Position numbers and translations under genes: made by a program. DNA of 64,000 bases from Pseudomonadota bacterium (lineage in GTDB: Bacteria > Pseudomonadota > Alphaproteobacteria > Rhodobacterales > Rhodobacteraceae): assembly GCA_039024895.1 (NCBI GenBank), contig JBCCPJ010000005.1, positions 29,109 through 93,108 on the forward strand, given 5' to 3'. The notes beneath the pieces were generated by a model. It was not told the DNA's origin and searched no databases. It was given only the letters and a program-made list of their open reading frames with translations. Below are positions 1-13,166 of the stretch, in pieces. Each line of letters opens with the position of its first letter. Positions within the stretch are counted from its first letter, which is position 1.

Positions 1-75
1 GGGACCGGTTGCGTCACAAACCCGCCATACCCATGTGACATGCAGCTGGTGCGATAGCAGCGCGACCAGACCAGC

Positions 76-639
76 ATGAGGCCAAGAGGAGAGGCCCCAG
101 TGAAAATAGACACGATTGTGAACCAACCCGTTGTCGAAACAGAACGGCTAACCCTGCGCCCTTTGCGGCGTTCGGACCGTGGGCTTCTGGAGATGTATGG
201 TGCCGACGAACGGGTCGCGCGAATGACCCGGTCGATCCCGCATCCCTTGCCACCTGGCGCGACGGACGCGTTTATTCAACGCTCGCTCGCCGAAGATCGG
301 GAAGAGGATGTGTGGGTGATGGATGCCTCCCGCGATGATCGCGCGGGGCTCGTCGGGCTCATTGCGTTGGAGCGAATGGATCGTGAGCAATCTGAGATTG
401 GCTATTGGGTCGCGCCCGCGTTTTGGAACACCGGTCTTGCCCAAGAAGCGGTGCGAGGCCTGCTGGAAGCGAACCCGCTTAATAATCAAGCCATCTTTGC
501 GAGCGTGTTTCAGGACAACCCGGCTTCGGCCCGCGTTTTGACGAATAACGGCTTTGCCTATCTTGGTGATGCCGAAGGCTACTCTGTTGCCCGCGGCGCG
601 ACTGTGCCAACCTGGACATATCTAAAGAAGTACCGGTGA
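76..639 (+). CDS. GNAT family N-acetyltransferase (RimJ/RimL-like)
   Basis: 187-aa ORF with GNAT-like layout (LTLRPL...IGYWVAPAFWNTGLAQEAV...NPASARVLTNNGF); lies upstream of obgE. Confidence 0.8.
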   Translation: MRPRGEAPVKIDTIVNQPVVETERLTLRPLRRSDRGLLEMYGADERVARMTRSIPHPLPPGATDAFIQRSLAEDREEDVWVMDASRDDRAGLVGLIALERMDREQSEIGYWVAPAFWNTGLAQEAVRGLLEANPLNNQAIFASVFQDNPASARVLTNNGFAYLGDAEGYSVARGATVPTWTYLKKYR

Positions 640-643
640 ATTA

Positions 644-3794
<3,151 letters not shown>

Positions 3795-3924
3795 TGAAGC
3801 TTAGTCATTCGGATTTTGCTGCATGTCTGCAGCGCCAATCCGCTGGGGGTTTGACCCTCGGACACCCAAAGCATTTGTTTCAAAGACGAGCGTACGAGTT
3901 CCGGTTTAATCAAGGGAGACTGCG

Positions 3925-5190
3925 ATGAAAGACGGCATGGACATCCCCGCAATGATGCAGGAAATCGGCGCGCGCGCGAAGGCCGCGTCTGCGGAGCTTG
4001 CTTTCGCGTCGCCAGAAGCCAAGACGAAAGCGCTGACCGTCGCCGCCGACACGCTTTGGGCCCGCCGGGACGAGGTTCTCGCAGCCAATGCAGAGGATAT
4101 GGCCTTTGGGCGTGAGAAAGGGCTCTCGGCGGCCATGCTCGATAGGCTCATGCTCGATGAGGCGCGGATTGAGGGCATCTGTGAAAGCCTGAGGAGCGTT
4201 GCGGCGCAGACCGATCCGGTGGGAGAAGTGATTGCCGACTGGGATCAGCCCTCCGGCCTAAATATCCAGCGGGTGAGGACCCCAATCGGCGTAATCGGTG
4301 TAATCTATGAGAGCCGTCCCAATGTTACGGCCGATGCCGGCGCCCTTTGCCTTAAGGCGGGGAATGCTGTGATCTTGCGGGGTGGATCGGAGAGCTTCCA
4401 TTCTTCGGGCGCCATTCTTGAGTGCCTCAAGCGCGGGCTGAGGGCTGCAGATTTGCCCGATGATGCGGTGCAACGGGTCCCCACCCGTGATCGCGCGGCG
4501 GTTTCAGAGATGCTGACGTTGGTGGACCATATTGACGTGATCGTACCCCGTGGTGGCAAAGGTCTTGTGGGTCTGGTGCAGCGCGAGGCGCGCGTCCCGG
4601 TTTTCGCGCATCTCGAAGGCATCGTGCATGTGTATCTGGATGCGGCGGCCGACCCTGAAAAAGCGCTGAAGATCGTCCTTAACGCAAAGACACGGCGCAC
4701 CGGCATTTGTGGCGCCGCCGAATGTTTGCTGATCCACCGCGATCTCGTGCCATCGGTCGGACAAGCGGTGATCCGTGCTTTGATCGATAGAGGTGTCGAG
4801 GTGCGCGGTGACGAGACGCTTCAGGACATTGAGGGCGTGATTGCGGCCTCCGATGAGGATTGGGGCTACGAGTTTCTCGACATGATTATCGCGGCCCGCG
4901 TTGTGGATGACGTGGACGGCGCGGTACGGCACATTCGGTCTTTCGGATCGCAGCACACCGATTGTATCGTGACCGAGGACGACGCCGTGGCCGCGCAGTT
5001 CTTCCAGCATCTGGAAAGTGCTATTCTGATGCGCAACGCCTCGACCCAGTTCGCCGATGGCGGCGAATTCGGCATGGGCGCGGAGATCGGCATTGCAACC
5101 GGAAAGCTGCACGCCCGCGGTCCAGTAGGCGCAGCGCAGCTCACCAGTTTTAAATACCTTGTTACCGGTGACGGGGCGATTAGAAGCTGA
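3925..5190 (+). CDS. proA: gamma-glutamyl phosphate reductase
   Basis: 421 aa; typical ProA segments ([25 protein letters not shown]); follows proB. Confidence 0.95.
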   Translation: MKDGMDIPAMMQEIGARAKAASAELAFASPEAKTKALTVAADTLWARRDEVLAANAEDMAFGREKGLSAAMLDRLMLDEARIEGICESLRSVAAQTDPVGEVIADWDQPSGLNIQRVRTPIGVIGVIYESRPNVTADAGALCLKAGNAVILRGGSESFHSSGAILECLKRGLRAADLPDDAVQRVPTRDRAAVSEMLTLVDHIDVIVPRGGKGLVGLVQREARVPVFAHLEGIVHVYLDAAADPEKALKIVLNAKTRRTGICGAAECLLIHRDLVPSVGQAVIRALIDRGVEVRGDETLQDIEGVIAASDEDWGYEFLDMIIAARVVDDVDGAVRHIRSFGSQHTDCIVTEDDAVAAQFFQHLESAILMRNASTQFADGGEFGMGAEIGIATGKLHARGPVGAAQLTSFKYLVTGDGAIRS

Positions 5191-5800
5191 CGGAGATGGC
5201 GTTTCCGTTGAAGGACGTCCGGACCTGTCGACCGGCAATTTCAGCCGTGGGGGCGACGAGGGCAAAATGCACGTTCGAGGGGCTCACGTCCGGCATTCGC
5301 GGTGACTTGGGCAACAGGTCCCAAAGCTCGTTTTCGACCTTAAGACGCTCGCTTGTGCCAAAGATGCTCCAGGTCTCTCCGTTGCGCGTAACGGCGACTT
5401 TGCCGCCCCAAGGTAACGCGCTTTCGAAGCACTGGAGGATCAGAAAGGCCAACTTTGCTTCAATGCGACGGGTGTCTTCTACCAGACGCCAATCGACGCT
5501 AATCCGGTTGCCGCGATACAGATCGCTCAAGACGCGCCGGACTTCGCTGTTGCCGATGATGGCGTCGTGGCTCGCGGCACCAAATGCAATACGGAAGAAC
5601 CTTATCCGCGCATTGGCGTTTTCAACAGATTCTGCAATTAAAGTGATCTCCGGCACCGCTGAAACGCCGGACATGGACAGGAGCTCAACGCCGTTTCCAA
5701 TAGCCCCAAGCGGAGAAATCAAGTCGTGGCAAATTCGTGAACCTATTAAGTCGTTTAACAACAAAGTGTTACTTGTACTTGTCATGTCCCATTCCTTCAC
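5180..5800 (-). CDS. chpT: histidine phosphotransferase ChpT
   Basis: 206 aa; DHp-like motif [24 protein letters not shown], characteristic of ChpT in the CckA-ChpT-CtrA relay. An alternative start lies at 5785. Confidence 0.8.
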   Translation of the reverse strand: MKEWDMTSTSNTLLLNDLIGSRICHDLISPLGAIGNGVELLSMSGVSAVPEITLIAESVENANARIRFFRIAFGAASHDAIIGNSEVRRVLSDLYRGNRISVDWRLVEDTRRIEAKLAFLILQCFESALPWGGKVAVTRNGETWSIFGTSERLKVENELWDLLPKSPRMPDVSPSNVHFALVAPTAEIAGRQVRTSFNGNAISVSF

Positions 5801-5830
5801 TAGATATCCGAGAACACTGACGCCATACCT

Positions 5831-6013
5831 ATGACACCGCTCTCATCCCTTTTCACGCCCGGCACACTTGTTTCCCATCCCGATCAACCCGATTGGGGGA
5901 TCGGACAAGTGCAGAGCAACGTGGATGGACGGATCACTGTGAACTTCCCCCATGAGGGCAAGGTGGTGATCGATCTTAACCGCGTCGAACTTATTCCGGC
6001 CTTCGACAATTAA
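5831..6013 (+). CDS. small conserved protein (DUF3553-like)
   Basis: 60-aa ORF divergent from chpT; family assigned from memory of the PDWGIGQV motif, not searched. Confidence 0.55.
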   Translation: MTPLSSLFTPGTLVSHPDQPDWGIGQVQSNVDGRITVNFPHEGKVVIDLNRVELIPAFDN

Positions 6014-6025
6014 TCCTTCACAGGA

Positions 6026-6034
6026 TGTGGATAA
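6026..6034 (-). promoter_or_regulatory. perfect DnaA-box 9-mer (TTATCCACA on the minus strand)
   Basis: Plus strand reads TGTGGATAA; located in the intergenic region upstream of olsB. Confidence 0.3.
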
Positions 6035-6145
6035 CACAACCATAGCGCGTAAACAATTGCTCTATACCAGCTATGTTAGAACTGTGGCTTCGGGTTTTCC
6101 TAGATGTCAAAAGAAGGTACGGATTGCGCTCGATGAGGGACACGC

Positions 6146-6925
6146 ATGAACCTCGAAAACGGTCATTTGGAAGTAAGATTGGCGCGAACGGAGGCGGACC
6201 TTCGGGCGGCTGAACGTTTGAGATACGAGGTATTCGTCGAAGAATTAGGTGGTGACGGGCCGCTTGTGGATCACGAGGGGCGGTTCGAAAAGGATAGTTT
6301 TGATCCCCATTACGACCATCTGGTGCTGGTCAATAGAATACGGTCCGACGCGCATCTGGACCATGTGGTCGGGGTTTACCGGCTATTGTCCGGGGAGAAA
6401 GCAGCGGCAACCGGACGATTTTACTCCGAGGGTGAATACGATTTGAGCCCCCTGAGAGCCTCTGGGCGTTCTTTGTTGGAATTGGGCCGGTCCTGCCTGT
6501 CCCCGGAATATCGTCGGGGTCTCGGACTGCATCTTCTTTGGTCAGGGCTCTCAAATTACGTGAGAGCGCGAGATATCGAGATCCTCTTCGGCGTCGCCAG
6601 CTTACACGGTACCGACGTCCAGGCGCTGGCCCCTGCTTTGGCGCATCTTCACCATGTGTTTCTTGCGCCTCCCGATCTGCGTGTTCGTGCCGTAGAAGAA
6701 GCGTATCAGGCGATGGACCTGATTGCCGAGGACCAGATTGACCGGGTGGCTGCCATGCGGATGGTGCCGCCACTCATAAAATCATACTTACGGCTCGGTG
6801 GGTTTGTCGGCGATGGAGCCTTTGTCGATCATGCGTTCAACACCACGGATGTCTGCCTTGTGATGGATACCGCCCGGATGAATGCGGCTGCAACCGCACG
6901 GTTTGTCGATGGTGTCGCCGTATGA
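6146..6925 (+). CDS. olsB: GNAT-type N-acyltransferase, ornithine-lipid synthesis OlsB-like
   Basis: 259 aa resembling the hemolysin-like/OlsB family (RLRYEVFVEELG...); ATGA overlap with the downstream acyltransferase, as in olsBA. Confidence 0.7.
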   Translation: MNLENGHLEVRLARTEADLRAAERLRYEVFVEELGGDGPLVDHEGRFEKDSFDPHYDHLVLVNRIRSDAHLDHVVGVYRLLSGEKAAATGRFYSEGEYDLSPLRASGRSLLELGRSCLSPEYRRGLGLHLLWSGLSNYVRARDIEILFGVASLHGTDVQALAPALAHLHHVFLAPPDLRVRAVEEAYQAMDLIAEDQIDRVAAMRMVPPLIKSYLRLGGFVGDGAFVDHAFNTTDVCLVMDTARMNAAATARFVDGVAV

Positions 6926-7752
6926 CACCAACTTGGCGGTCAACGGACGCACCGGCCTTTGCGCCCCTGAACATCGCCGACTGGATCAAGGTTTTTCTCC
7001 GTGGGGGCGTACTCTGTCTAGTCTTGCTCACGGGCGTGTTTCTAACTTTATGCCTTCGAATAATTGAACGCCCCTTGCACGGCATGCGTCGCCCTTGGTC
7101 TGGCTGGATTACCGTTGCCGTTTGTCGCATTGGGCTTCGACTGATGGGTGTGGCGCGAAAAACCACCGGTTCGCCGATGCGTCAGAACGGGGTTTACGTG
7201 GCCAATCACAGTTCCTGGTTGGACATCTTCACGTTGAACGCATGTGCCCCGATGTATTTCGTGTCAAAGGCAGAAGTCGCAACTTGGCCAGGGATCGGCC
7301 TTTTGGCGCGTTTGACGGGAACCGTCTTTGTGCGTCGGGCGCGCCAAGAAGCCGCAGCACAGAAAGCGCTCTTGGAAGCGCGGATTACAGCGGGACACCG
7401 GCTCACCATTTTTCCAGAAGGCACATCCACGGACGGGCGTCAGGTTTTGCCGTTTAAGCCGACCTTGTTCGCAGCGTTATTCTCTGAGGGGACGCGGCAC
7501 GTCCATGTGCAACCCGTCAGCGTAATCTACAGGGCACCGAATAGGCGCGACCGACGATTTCATGCTTGGTGGGGCGATATGGCGTTCGGGCCACATCTGC
7601 TTCAGATACTCGCCGCACCGCGCGGAGGGTGTGTAATCGTGACATGGCATGAACCGCTTGTGGTCAGCGACTTCGCGGATCGCAAAACGCTGGCGCGCGA
7701 GGCGGAAACATGCGTGCGGCGCGCCCATGCTGACGGCGCTTCACCCGAGTGA
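6922..7752 (+). CDS. olsA: lysophospholipid (PlsC-family) acyltransferase, OlsA-like
   Basis: 276 aa; HX4D motif NHSSWLDI and the FPEGTS motif. Confidence 0.75.
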   Translation: MTPTWRSTDAPAFAPLNIADWIKVFLRGGVLCLVLLTGVFLTLCLRIIERPLHGMRRPWSGWITVAVCRIGLRLMGVARKTTGSPMRQNGVYVANHSSWLDIFTLNACAPMYFVSKAEVATWPGIGLLARLTGTVFVRRARQEAAAQKALLEARITAGHRLTIFPEGTSTDGRQVLPFKPTLFAALFSEGTRHVHVQPVSVIYRAPNRRDRRFHAWWGDMAFGPHLLQILAAPRGGCVIVTWHEPLVVSDFADRKTLAREAETCVRRAHADGASPE

Positions 7753-8361
7753 GACAAGTAGCCTGCCGAGCGCGCCGACCGTATCATCTTCGCGCCAAAC
7801 CTCTTCGCCCACAGCAATGAAATCGGTGATGGGCGCGAGGGCCTCGACAGAGTCGCTATCGATATGCCCTTCTGCAACGACGGGAACTTCGATCATTTCC
7901 GACCACCAGGCGAACAAATCTTGTGGGGCGCGATTGCCGTCGCCAAGGGTACTGGCACCGACGGGGCCGAAAGCGACATAGTCAGCTCCGGCCTCACCAG
8001 CCTTCATGCCGTCATGTTTGGAAGTCCCGCTATAGGCGCCGACAATAGCATCGCGTCCAAGCGATTTACGCGCCGCACGCACATTGCGCGCGCCATCCAA
8101 CAAATGAACACCGTCCAAACCAAGCCGCTCGGCGAGGCTGAAATGGGTATCGATAACCACCGCAACGTCACGGGCATGGGCAACGTCGCGAACTGTATCC
8201 GCCGCGCGCGACAAGCGATCCTCGTCCTGGCTGGCAAGGGCAAGCCGGAGGCAGGCTATCTCATGACCATCAAGAACCTGCGCCAACCGATCTGGAAAGG
8301 AAGACAACTCGAAATCCGGAGGTGTCAGCAAGTAGATCTGTGGTTGATCTGAGCTCGCCAT
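7741..8361 (-). CDS. thiamine-phosphate synthase family protein
   Basis: 206 aa; ThiE-like pattern (IYLLTPP..., VHLLDG, ADYVAFGPV). No TPP riboswitch seen upstream. Confidence 0.7.
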   Translation of the reverse strand: MASSDQPQIYLLTPPDFELSSFPDRLAQVLDGHEIACLRLALASQDEDRLSRAADTVRDVAHARDVAVVIDTHFSLAERLGLDGVHLLDGARNVRAARKSLGRDAIVGAYSGTSKHDGMKAGEAGADYVAFGPVGASTLGDGNRAPQDLFAWWSEMIEVPVVAEGHIDSDSVEALAPITDFIAVGEEVWREDDTVGALGRLLVSLG

Positions 8362-8816
8362 AGCATGTCCTTTCTTTCCACTTCGTCGCTATATCGCGTT
8401 CCCCTACGTTCGAAAAGGTGTTCAAAATGACGGGCTTGTGGCATTCGGCCTTTGAATTGAAATGTTTCGCTTCACTATCATTGCGCGCCCGAAGGGCCGG
8501 AATTTTACCAATTAATCTAGCTGCTTACGGGATTAAGAACCAGTCAGTTCATGTGGGTAGCCCGCGATGGCTGCACAAAATCTTCAGGGTCTGCCTCATT
8601 TTCGTCATATTGGTATCGTAAAAATTTCTCATTGGGTATGCGTGTGAGTGAGTGTGTCATGCAAAAAATTCGCCAAGAGCTCCTTCGGGTTACGCAGCGT
8701 GAGCCGCGGAGGGATTTGGAAAAAGACCTCAAACGGAAATCACTGGAATCGTTGCGCGATTTTCGTCGTGTGCGCACCGCCCAGCGATGCTTGGCGGCAA
8801 ACAAGCCAGCCTGAAT

Positions 8817-9248
8817 TCACGACGGCGGTCTGGAATAGGTCAGCGTGGCGCGTGCGACGAGGGCATCCTCGTTGGCGTTCCGAATGGCAACATCGCCGAC
8901 GACAAGGCTCCGTCCCATTTTCAATAATGTTACATCGGCCCGCAGGTCTTTGTCCGCTGCGGGTCTGCGCATGAAATCCATGGATGCGTTTGTTGTAACC
9001 GCGAGCGCCTCTTCCCCGACATGGGCAATAATGGCGAGGTAAACGGCGCAGTCCGCCATAGCAAACAGGCTTGGCCCCGATACGGTGCCGCCCGGGCGCA
9101 GATGCTGCTCGCCCGGAACAAGACGCAGACTGAGATGCGACGGCGCCACGTCCAGAACTTCGAAATCTGCGGCAACTTGTGGAAAAGCACGCTGCAAGAA
9201 GTCATGGAGCGCCGGAATGTCGAGTATGGGATGCGTCGCTTTAGTCAT
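8817..9248 (-). CDS. PaaI-family (hotdog fold) thioesterase
   Basis: 143 aa; the GG.VSGPSLFAMAD and VVGDVAI segments are typical of PaaI thioesterases. Confidence 0.7.
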   Translation of the reverse strand: MTKATHPILDIPALHDFLQRAFPQVAADFEVLDVAPSHLSLRLVPGEQHLRPGGTVSGPSLFAMADCAVYLAIIAHVGEEALAVTTNASMDFMRRPAADKDLRADVTLLKMGRSLVVGDVAIRNANEDALVARATLTYSRPPS

Positions 9249-9283
9249 GGTGCTATCCTTGCCGTGTCAGAAGGAGCGCTGCA

Positions 9284-9673
9284 ATGCCCGATCCGCTTCA
9301 GACCATCGTAGAAGACCGCCGCGCCGAAGCAGAGCGCCTCGATGCGGTTTTCCGCGACATAACCGGCTGGGCGCCGCGTCTTTGGGGCAAGATGATCGGG
9401 TATGGTCTCTACCGATACCACCGCAAGGGTGATCCGAGAGAATACGAGTTTTTTGCCACCGGCTTTAACTTCAGAACCCGCGATATCGCGCTACACATTC
9501 TTCCAGGCTATCAGGAATATGCCGAAATTGCCGCTCGGCTTGGACCGCACAAGCGCGGCAAAAGTTGTTGGTACATCAAGAGCCTAGACGCCGTCGACGA
9601 CGCGGCACTGTGCGACCTGATCAAGGCGGGCTTGGCCGACTTGTCGAAGACGGCAAAAATCGAAGCGACGTAG
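9284..9673 (+). CDS. DUF1801 (YdhG-like) domain protein
   Basis: 129-aa ORF; family assignment from memory; ends with TAG. Confidence 0.6.
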   Translation: MPDPLQTIVEDRRAEAERLDAVFRDITGWAPRLWGKMIGYGLYRYHRKGDPREYEFFATGFNFRTRDIALHILPGYQEYAEIAARLGPHKRGKSCWYIKSLDAVDDAALCDLIKAGLADLSKTAKIEAT

Positions 9674-9676
9674 GAA

Positions 9677-9693
9677 GAACCGCTAAGCGGTTC
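9677..9693. terminator. 7-bp stem hairpin between convergent genes
   Basis: GAACCGC-TAA-GCGGTTC; overlaps the stop of the M32 gene; no strong U-tract on either strand. Confidence 0.35.
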
Positions 9694-11164
9694 AAAACCC
9701 GTAGATCGCCTCGAATTTGGCATAGAGGTAATCCAATAGCGGATCAACGCTTGGTTCCGCGCCGGTCGCGCGCGTGATGAGATCGCGCGGCTCGTAGAGG
9801 CCACCGTGGATTTGCAGCTTTTCGCGAAGCCACCCGGTTGCAGGGGCTGTATCGCCTTCCGCCAAATGCGCGTCGAGGTCTGGCACGTCCTTTCGTAGGG
9901 CGTCATGCAAACATCCCGCATATACATTTCCAAGCGTGTAGGTCGGAAAGTAACCGAACAACGCTTCGGACCAATGGACATCTTGAAGGAAGCCGCTTGC
10001 GGGTTCTTCGACCTTCAGGCCGAAATCTGCTTCGAACCGCGTATTCCAGGCGTCAGGTAAGTCTGGCACCTCCAAGCGGCCAGCGATTAGGTCCCGCTCC
10101 AGATCGAAGCGCAGAGCGACGTGCAGGTTGTAGTGGACTTCATCGGCTTCTGTCCGGATGTAGCCGGGCGCGCAGCGGTTCACCGTGGCGTAGAAATCGT
10201 CCGGCGTGTCTATGCCGAAGTCGCCAAAGGTCGCGCGCATTTTTTCGAATAGCCAACCGGTAAAGGCCCGGCTCCGGCCCAACTGGTTCTCGTAAATCCG
10301 GCTTTGGCTTTCGTGAACGCCCATTGAGACGCCGCGTCCGAGCGGTGTCAGGCGGTACGCCGGATCAATCGCTTGTTCATAGCTGCCATGCCCCACTTCG
10401 TGGATTGTGGAGTAAAAGCAGTTGAACGGATCGTCGGGCATCGTGCGGGTGGTGATCCGCACATCGAGGCCGGAACCGGAAGAAAATGGGTGAACCGCCT
10501 TGTCGATCCGTCCGTGGGACAAGTCATACCCAAAGACCTCTGCAAGTTCCGTTGAGATCGCCAGTTGTCCGTCTTCCCCGAAGGTGCCGGTCAGGGCAGG
10601 GACCCAACGCGTGGACCCCATTACATGCTCCCGCAGTTGGACAAGGCGCGGACGGAGCGCGTCGAAAAGCGCTGCCAGTTCGGCTTCGGTCGCGCCCGGT
10701 TCGTAGTCGTCTGCAAGCGCGTCATACAAGTTGCCGCCGTTTGCCAGCGCCGACGCCTTTTCGCGTGCGAGATTGACGACTTCCGTCAGTTTCGGCGCGA
10801 AGCTTTTGAAATCATTGTTGGTCCGGGCTTCGGCCCAGGCGCGGTGGGCGAGAGATGTGGTGCGCGCCAATGCAGCCGAAAGATCGGCGGGCACTCTTTG
10901 GGTCCGCTCATAGCTTCGTCTGATCTTATGCACTTGTCGCGCGCTTGTCTCATCCTCTGGGTCAATGGCAGCCAACCACTCCCCGATCCGAGGGTCGGTT
11001 CGGCGGGCGTGAAGGACGCCATCAAGTGCCGCCATCTCCTCGGCCCGTTGTTCGGCGGCACCGCTCGGCATGACTGTTTCCTGGTCCCACCCGAGACGGC
11101 CCATGATCTGGCTTAACGCTTCCGTCTCCCGTTGAAAGGCCATCAACGCGCCATATGCTGTCAT
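9692..11164 (-). CDS. M32 (Taq-type) metallocarboxypeptidase
   Basis: M32 signature set present: HPF, DVRITTR, HEVGHG, GVHESQSR, IRTEADEVHYNLH, FLQDVHW. Start moved to the ATG at 11164, which overlaps the ctaA stop (ATGA). Confidence 0.9.
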   Translation of the reverse strand: MTAYGALMAFQRETEALSQIMGRLGWDQETVMPSGAAEQRAEEMAALDGVLHARRTDPRIGEWLAAIDPEDETSARQVHKIRRSYERTQRVPADLSAALARTTSLAHRAWAEARTNNDFKSFAPKLTEVVNLAREKASALANGGNLYDALADDYEPGATEAELAALFDALRPRLVQLREHVMGSTRWVPALTGTFGEDGQLAISTELAEVFGYDLSHGRIDKAVHPFSSGSGLDVRITTRTMPDDPFNCFYSTIHEVGHGSYEQAIDPAYRLTPLGRGVSMGVHESQSRIYENQLGRSRAFTGWLFEKMRATFGDFGIDTPDDFYATVNRCAPGYIRTEADEVHYNLHVALRFDLERDLIAGRLEVPDLPDAWNTRFEADFGLKVEEPASGFLQDVHWSEALFGYFPTYTLGNVYAGCLHDALRKDVPDLDAHLAEGDTAPATGWLREKLQIHGGLYEPRDLITRATGAEPSVDPLLDYLYAKFEAIYGF

Positions 11165-12309
11165 GCGACACCTCTTACGGATTGGGCGAGGGGATATTGC
11201 GCGAGGAAGCGTGCGCGCAGGATCAATGCGATCAGCAGAACAGCGCCAAACTGATGCAAGATCGCGAGTTGCCAAGGCGCCACGTAAAGCACGGTGGCAA
11301 TCCCAAGAAGCATCTGAAGCACCATCATCGCAATGACCGCGTTAAAGGCGGCCCGTGTTGTCGTGTTCGCAGACCTGCGTGCGCGCAGCCAGACGACCAC
11401 CCCGAATATGAACAGAAGATACCCGGCAGTGCGGTGCATGAACTGCACTAGGCCCGCGTCCTCGAAGAAGTTCCGCCAAACTGGCGTGAGCGTAAACGGA
11501 TCAGGGGGAAACACATAGCCGCTCATCAATGGCCAGTCGTTATAGCTGCGCCCGGCGTCGATCCCGGCCACCAGAGCGCCGAGCAGGATTTGCAGAAAGC
11601 TAAAATGAAGCAAGCCGGTGCTCATTGAAAAAAGCTTCGCATCGCGTGCGCGGCGGGCCTGCAAGAGATCGGCCTCGCGCCGCCCGAGTTTGAAGATGTA
11701 CCACGCCAGAAGACCAAGAATGACAAAAGCGAGGCCCAAGTGGATTGCGAGCCGGTAAGACGCTACATCCAGCATCGTCCCCGTCAGGCCGGACGCAACC
11801 ATCCACCAGCCTATCGCCCCTTGCAGACCGCCCAAGAGACCCGGAATGAGTAAACGCGCGGTCCAACCTGCGGGGATCTTTCGGGTCAAGAAGAAGAACA
11901 AGAAGCCGACCGCCCAAACAAGGCCGATGACGCGACCAAGCTGCCGGTGGCCCCATTCCCACCAGTAGATGACCTTGAACTCCTCCAGGCTCATCCCTTT
12001 GTTTTGCAACTGGTATTCAGGGATGGCGCGATATTTGTCGAACTCGCTTGCCCAGTCTTCGGCTGTCAATGGCGGCATAGCACCGGTGACGGGGCGCCAT
12101 TCGGTGATCGAGAGCCCACTGTCGGTCAGACGTGTCAGGCCACCAACAGCGATCATGAGAACGACCAGGGCAAAAAGAAGCATCAACCAGCCGCGGATTG
12201 CGCCGCGCGCGCCACGATTGGCGGTTTTCTCGATCACCCCTGCCGTGGCGGCGGGTTGGGGTGCCTGAACATCGCCCACTTCTTCGAAAATACTGCGTTT
12301 TTCCGCCAT
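11161..12309 (-). CDS. ctaA: heme A synthase (COX15/CtaA)
   Basis: Polytopic membrane protein with conserved His pairs (WEWGHR, HRTAGY, HLGLAF, LHQFGA). Start placed at MAEKRS (12309) rather than the longest ORF. Confidence 0.9.
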   Translation of the reverse strand: MAEKRSIFEEVGDVQAPQPAATAGVIEKTANRGARGAIRGWLMLLFALVVLMIAVGGLTRLTDSGLSITEWRPVTGAMPPLTAEDWASEFDKYRAIPEYQLQNKGMSLEEFKVIYWWEWGHRQLGRVIGLVWAVGFLFFFLTRKIPAGWTARLLIPGLLGGLQGAIGWWMVASGLTGTMLDVASYRLAIHLGLAFVILGLLAWYIFKLGRREADLLQARRARDAKLFSMSTGLLHFSFLQILLGALVAGIDAGRSYNDWPLMSGYVFPPDPFTLTPVWRNFFEDAGLVQFMHRTAGYLLFIFGVVVWLRARRSANTTTRAAFNAVIAMMVLQMLLGIATVLYVAPWQLAILHQFGAVLLIALILRARFLAQYPLAQSVRGVA

Positions 12310-12419
12310 GCCGGTACGTCCCTCCGTCGTGGGTGAACTTAGGGTTGGGAGGGGCAAGGGTCTAGGGTGTCTATTGGTGCAAGTCGCCGCAGGACGCACC
12401 TTCAAGGGTAAAATGGCTT

Positions 12420-13166
12420 TCAGCGCTCGCGCTCCCCGCCACGTTCCTTCCAACGCACCATCTGTCGAAGAACACCATGTAGCATTTGCACATCAGCACG
12501 GGTGAGCGGCATGCGGCTCCAAAGATTGCGGAGCACAATTTTCATGCCCGCCGCTTTCTCCTCAGGAAAGAAAAACCCGGCAGTTTCCAACCGGTCCTCG
12601 TAATGTTCGGCGAGTTTCTCGATCTCGACGACGCTTGCGGGTTCAGTACCAGCGAAACCCATCGTCATTGTCTCGATTTCTGCCGTCGCGCGCCGCCACT
12701 CATAGGCGGTGAGCAACACGCATTGCGCGAGGTTCAGCGAGGGAAAATCTGGGTTCACCGGCACGGAGATGATAGCGTTGGCCTTGGCAATATCGTCGTT
12801 TTCAAGCCCTGCGCGTTCCGGCCCGAAGAGCACGGCGACGTTTTGCCCTTGGGCGATCCGGGCCCGCGCCTCCACCATGGCGGCTTCGGGTGCGTAGACG
12901 TCCTTCGTCAGGTCGCGGGTGCGCGCTGTCGTGGCAAACACAAAACGTGCGGGACCAAGGGCGTCTGCCGTTGTGCCGTGGACCTGTGCCTCGTCGAGCA
13001 ACCGCCCGGCGCCGCTTGCCATGGCAACTGCCTTTTGGTTTGGCCAGCCGTCGCGCGGCGCAACAATTGCCAAACGGTCCAATCCGAAGTTCCACATTGC
13101 CCGCGCGGCCGCGCCGATGTTTTCGCCCATTTGCGGGCGAACGAGCACAAATGTCGGTTGGCTCAT
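12420..13166 (-). CDS. SpoU/TrmH-family RNA methyltransferase (TrmJ-like)
   Basis: 248 aa; N-terminal VLVRPQMGENIGAAARAM and SLNLAQ motifs. Confidence 0.85.
   Translation of the reverse strand: MSQPTFVLVRPQMGENIGAAARAMWNFGLDRLAIVAPRDGWPNQKAVAMASGAGRLLDEAQVHGTTADALGPARFVFATTARTRDLTKDVYAPEAAMVEARARIAQGQNVAVLFGPERAGLENDDIAKANAIISVPVNPDFPSLNLAQCVLLTAYEWRRATAEIETMTMGFAGTEPASVVEIEKLAEHYEDRLETAGFFFPEEKAAGMKIVLRNLWSRMPLTRADVQMLHGVLRQMVRWKERGGERER

Noticed and set aside
8362-8500. TPP (THI-box) riboswitch upstream of the thiE-like gene.
   Set aside because: The conserved CTGAGA element is absent on the relevant strand.
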